Source: a virus | Taxonomy: Duplodnaviria > Caudoviricetes | IMG/VR virus record: IMGVR_UViG_3300034197_000036 | Coordinates: 1 to 39,105 of that record | Reading direction: 5' to 3' (one strand) | Length of the DNA stretch: 39,105 nt | Shown here: positions 36,348 to 39,105 of the stretch, piece after piece | Position numbering within the stretch: position 1 is the stretch's first letter | How the letters are laid out: the number at the start of each line of letters is the position of its first letter | Translations under genes and position numbers: made by a program | The notes under the pieces: model-generated | Databases searched by the model: none | What the model was told of the DNA's origin: nothing | The model's input: only the letters and a program-made list of their open reading frames with translations

Positions 36348-36454
36348 TACCGGACACTATGCCGCTCGCCCTCGGGGTGTCAAGAGTTCCGTGGCCGGTT
36401 ACAATGCCGTTCGCGCACGGGTCTCTTGTGGTAGTCGTGAGCGCAAGGGCAGTT

Positions 36455-36482
36455 CAATAGACAATATGCCGGTAAACCGGCA
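36455..36482 (-). other. oriT: oriT (MOBF/R388-type); predicted nic between 36459 and 36458 on the minus strand
   Basis: Minus strand reads TGCCGG-TTTA-CCGGCA-TATTGTCT^ATTG; R388 (recalled) reads GCACC-GAAA-GGTGCG-TATTGTCT^ATAG. Confidence 0.85.
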
Positions 36483-36549
36483 GGAAGGAAGTTTCCTTGC
36501 GTCCGGGGTTTCTGTTGGCGTAGGGTTTATCCGTTTGATGGAGGGTTTC

Positions 36550-36777
36550 ATGTCGGACCGGGACAAGGTGATGAGCGACATTAGGCGTGGCCTTATGCCG
36601 CCGAGGATTTTCGTGGAAGTGACCAGGGAGATTATCGGCGGCGGCGGCCATATTTGGTGCCGCGGGGAAATCAGTCGAGAGGTCTGGCTGACAGCGCGTT
36701 ATCCCGGCGATATCGCTAGGGTAGCGATTGATACTGTGTTGGCGGAGGCGGATCAGTATGGCCGGGACAAGCCATGA
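36550..36777 (+). CDS. Hypothetical protein
   Basis: GGAGG SD. Confidence 0.55.
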   Translation: MSDRDKVMSDIRRGLMPPRIFVEVTREIIGGGGHIWCRGEISREVWLTARYPGDIARVAIDTVLAEADQYGRDKP

Positions 36778-37010
36778 GCGACCCTATTCTGACCATCCTG
36801 CGTCAGCAGAACGAGACCATCATCGCCGCGATATCGGGGCTGGCCGAGGTGGTGCAGCACCAGAACGAGATGCTGGAGGCGTTGGACGGGTGGCTTCGGG
36901 AGCCGTCGTCCGGAGACCTTGGTGAGACACTGAAGGCCATGACGCGCGCCATCAACGAGGTGGCGGTTAGCACAAGTCAGATTCTCGCCATTCTTGGTCG
37001 GCGGCCATGA
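36774..37010 (+). CDS. Helical protein, possible relaxosome accessory
   Basis: ATGA-coupled; lies between oriT and the relaxase. Confidence 0.55.
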   Translation: MSDPILTILRQQNETIIAAISGLAEVVQHQNEMLEALDGWLREPSSGDLGETLKAMTRAINEVAVSTSQILAILGRRP

Positions 37011-37336
37011 GTGGCAGGACCTGGGTGCCGGGTGGCTCCCACGCATTGGATCGCCTCAATGAGCGGTATGACATGACCGTCACAGTCGAAGAATGGCCGG
37101 AAGTGTGGGATTCTATCTTTAAGGCAATCAAGACTGGCCGCGCGCTCATGACCGGCCGCGAGGTGGGCGCCAAAGGGCACCAACTAGAGCGGTGGGCGCT
37201 AATGTTGAAAGGGGAGACCGTACGGGTGCTTTGGTGCCCGGACACTAGGGCGATTGTCACGGTGCTGCCGCGTTCGAGTAGGAACCGGCAAGGGCGGGCA
37301 AAGGGCTACAAAAAGCCGAAGGGGAGGCAGCCATGA
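37007..37336 (+). CDS. Possible RelE/DUF4258-like RNase-fold protein
   Basis: SHALDRLNERY...V.....T.AIVTVLP. Confidence 0.45.
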   Translation: MSGRTWVPGGSHALDRLNERYDMTVTVEEWPEVWDSIFKAIKTGRALMTGREVGAKGHQLERWALMLKGETVRVLWCPDTRAIVTVLPRSSRNRQGRAKGYKKPKGRQP

Positions 37337-37653
37337 TCAGTCACTGCGGCGATCAGATAATGCGTGTGGTGAGCGAGTTTGACGGGTGGGTAGTGTGTCG
37401 GTGGGTGAACGATGACAACACACTGGCCTTCGCCATGAGCTACCTTTTGGTCATTCCCGTGGCTGTGGTGGGCTGCATCTTCGGTATAGCGTTGGGGCTT
37501 GTGGTTGGCTTGTGCTGGAGTGTCTTTAATGAAGGACTTTTGTGGTGGGGCGTTTTTGATGCTTACGACCCGTTCAAGAGCATAAATGGATTTGCCAAGG
37601 CCGGCGGATTGGTGGGCTTAGTAGGGTCAGTTCTTGCGTTCTTCCTTTGCTGA
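37333..37653 (+). CDS. Chimeric protein: DUF2158-like stub + membrane domain
   Basis: First 30 aa are similar to the next gene; hydrophobic remainder. Confidence 0.5.
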   Translation: MISHCGDQIMRVVSEFDGWVVCRWVNDDNTLAFAMSYLLVIPVAVVGCIFGIALGLVVGLCWSVFNEGLLWWGVFDAYDPFKSINGFAKAGGLVGLVGSVLAFFLC

Positions 37654-37838
37654 TGATCACGTTCAAACCCGGCGCTGCCGTGGTCAGGCACAGCGGCGAT
37701 CAGCCAATGCGGGTGGTGAGCCAGACTGACGGGTTGGTGGTGTGTCAGTGGGTAGACCATGACAACGTACTGCGTACAGTGACGCATCCGGCGGACACCT
37801 TGTTGTTCATTTATGTGCCTGATGCTGACCTTCGCTAA
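37653..37838 (+). CDS. YodC/DUF2158-like small protein
   Basis: FKPG..V...SG..PM.V.......V.C.W......T.P...L. Confidence 0.6.
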   Translation: MITFKPGAAVVRHSGDQPMRVVSQTDGLVVCQWVDHDNVLRTVTHPADTLLFIYVPDADLR

Positions 37839-39105
37839 GATTGCCGGCGGCGCTCCGTCGCGCACCTCGGCCATGACGGCGCATCTGATGGCCAACACGC
37901 TTGACCCAGCGCAAGCCAAAGCAGCGGCCTACTATGGCCATGGCATGGGCAACGATGGCGGCGACAAACTCATGCGGGGAACCGCAGTCGCCATAGCTGA
38001 TGGGGATATCGGTTTCGATGAGGGGTTGAAGCTCCTGATGGAGCGGTGGGACCGGCGGAACCCGATGCCGACTGATGAGGAGTGGCAGCAGGACGCGGAT
38101 ACCCTGATGACGTGGGATCCGGTTGCGCGGACCTGGCAGTGGTCGGGGCCGGACGCTTATGAGAGGTGGGAGGAACGTCGCCTTGATGCGGAGCTAGAAC
38201 TAGGGGACCGGCTTGACGTGCTGGTCGAGCGCGCCGCCGCCGGTCTACTTGACGCGCCGCTTGCTGTGGTGCGGCAGGACGCACACCCGATGGCACTGCG
38301 GGGGTTAGGCATCAACTCAGACGGTATCCTGTCCATTGCGGAGATTGATGCTCTGTTGGCTGGCAGGCGGGCGGACGGGGAGGTGATTGAGGGGAAGAAG
38401 TACGCCAAGGAACAGAGGTTGCCCGTGAACCCAAAGACGGGCGAACAGAGGTGGTCAACGCCGATCGGTTCCTATGACTTCTGCCCCACGCCGGACAAGT
38501 CAGTGTCTGTGGCCTGGGCGTTCGCTCCGGACAACGAGCGGGCCATGATCTATCAGGCGCACATTGAGGCGGCGCGAGAGGCAGTAGCCTACATCGCGAC
38601 ACAGGTTGGACAGGCGCGGTTTGGCGACCACGATCGGGACTTTGAGCGCGGCCACATCGCGTGGCTGGAGTTCACCCACCACACGGCCCGACAGACGATG
38701 TTTGATGTGGTCGACGGTGAGGTTGTCCTGCGGGATTCCGGTGTGGCTGGCGACCCGGACCTTCACACGCATTTCCTAATCCCCAACGCTGTGTTCTGCG
38801 ATTCCGGCCGTGTTGGCTCACTCGATACCGCGTCAATCCGGGGATTTTTGTTCGAGGCGGATGCTTACTACCATGCCAGGTTGACCGCGAACCTGCGGGA
38901 GGCGGGGTTTGCCACACATCTGGATGATAAGACCGGAGCGGTCCGGATTACTGCAATCCCAGAGGATGTCAGAACCCTCTTTTCCAAGCGGACGCAGGCC
39001 GGCGAAATGCTCGCACGGCAGGAGACGAAAGCGAGGGGCGAATCATGGGATGATCTGACCACGGACCAGCGGGAAGCGCGGATGAAGGCCGCAGTCCAAA
39101 GCAGG
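37822..39105 (+). CDS. MOBF (TrwC/TraI-like) conjugative relaxase, 3'-partial
   Basis: Translated manually, 428 codons with no stop: MLTF start, AAYY (37930-35), YDFCPTPDKSVSVAW, FTHHTAR, GDPDLHTHFLIPN (HUH), FSKRT. Confidence 0.92.
   Translation, partial: MLTFAKIAGGAPSRTSAMTAHLMANTLDPAQAKAAAYYGHGMGNDGGDKLMRGTAVAIADGDIGFDEGLKLLMERWDRRNPMPTDEEWQQDADTLMTWDPVARTWQWSGPDAYERWEERRLDAELELGDRLDVLVERAAAGLLDAPLAVVRQDAHPMALRGLGINSDGILSIAEIDALLAGRRADGEVIEGKKYAKEQRLPVNPKTGEQRWSTPIGSYDFCPTPDKSVSVAWAFAPDNERAMIYQAHIEAAREAVAYIATQVGQARFGDHDRDFERGHIAWLEFTHHTARQTMFDVVDGEVVLRDSGVAGDPDLHTHFLIPNAVFCDSGRVGSLDTASIRGFLFEADAYYHARLTANLREAGFATHLDDKTGAVRITAIPEDVRTLFSKRTQAGEMLARQETKARGESWDDLTTDQREARMKAAVQSR

Larger units (their letters stand above)
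1..39105. mobile_element. Tailed phage / phage-plasmid segment carrying a MOBF mobilisation region
   Basis: Terminase, portal, MuF, lysin and replication genes are contiguous with oriT, a relaxase and a stb-like operon; no host housekeeping genes. Confidence 0.85.

Noticed and set aside
36434-36449. Fifth GTCGTGA copy near oriT
   Set aside because: Following bases (GCGCAAGGG) depart from the consensus and no structural gene follows
37336-37772. Possible DGR template/variable repeat pair
   Set aside because: Mismatches are not confined to adenines and no reverse transcriptase is present in the window
37970-39062. Minus-strand ORFs at the right end
   Set aside because: Shadows of the + strand relaxase, which has all MOBF motifs

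Overview
GC-rich (roughly 60%), gene-dense segment of a large tailed-phage-like element, probably from an alphaproteobacterial host (GapR/DUF2312 homologue, RcGTA-type spike-base protein). Both ends are cut by the window. Left to right: a DUF1376 replication gene with internal iterons; a holin-like gene; a 1691-aa GH16/Ig-repeat protein; a string of tiny membrane ORFs; a stand-alone RNAP alpha-CTD; a metallopeptidase; GapR; terminase; accessory genes around a divergent RHH switch; a DNA-MTase stub followed by a radical SAM gene; a head module (portal, spike base, ParB+RelA/SpoT multidomain protein, internal-protein candidates, MuF); a DpdA-like/QueC fusion with a YhhQ/VUT transporter; a lysin; and a frameshifted two-frame C5 MTase. 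The right end is an R388-style mobilisation region. It has a stbABC/traKLM-like operon, an oriT with hairpin + TATTGTCT^AT, and a MOBF (TrwC-like) relaxase that the ORF track misses because it runs off the window. The main candidate novelty is a conjugatively mobilisable phage/phage-plasmid. No major capsid, integrase, coupling protein/T4SS, tRNA or CRISPR array was recognised. Family calls come from recalled motifs, not database searches.
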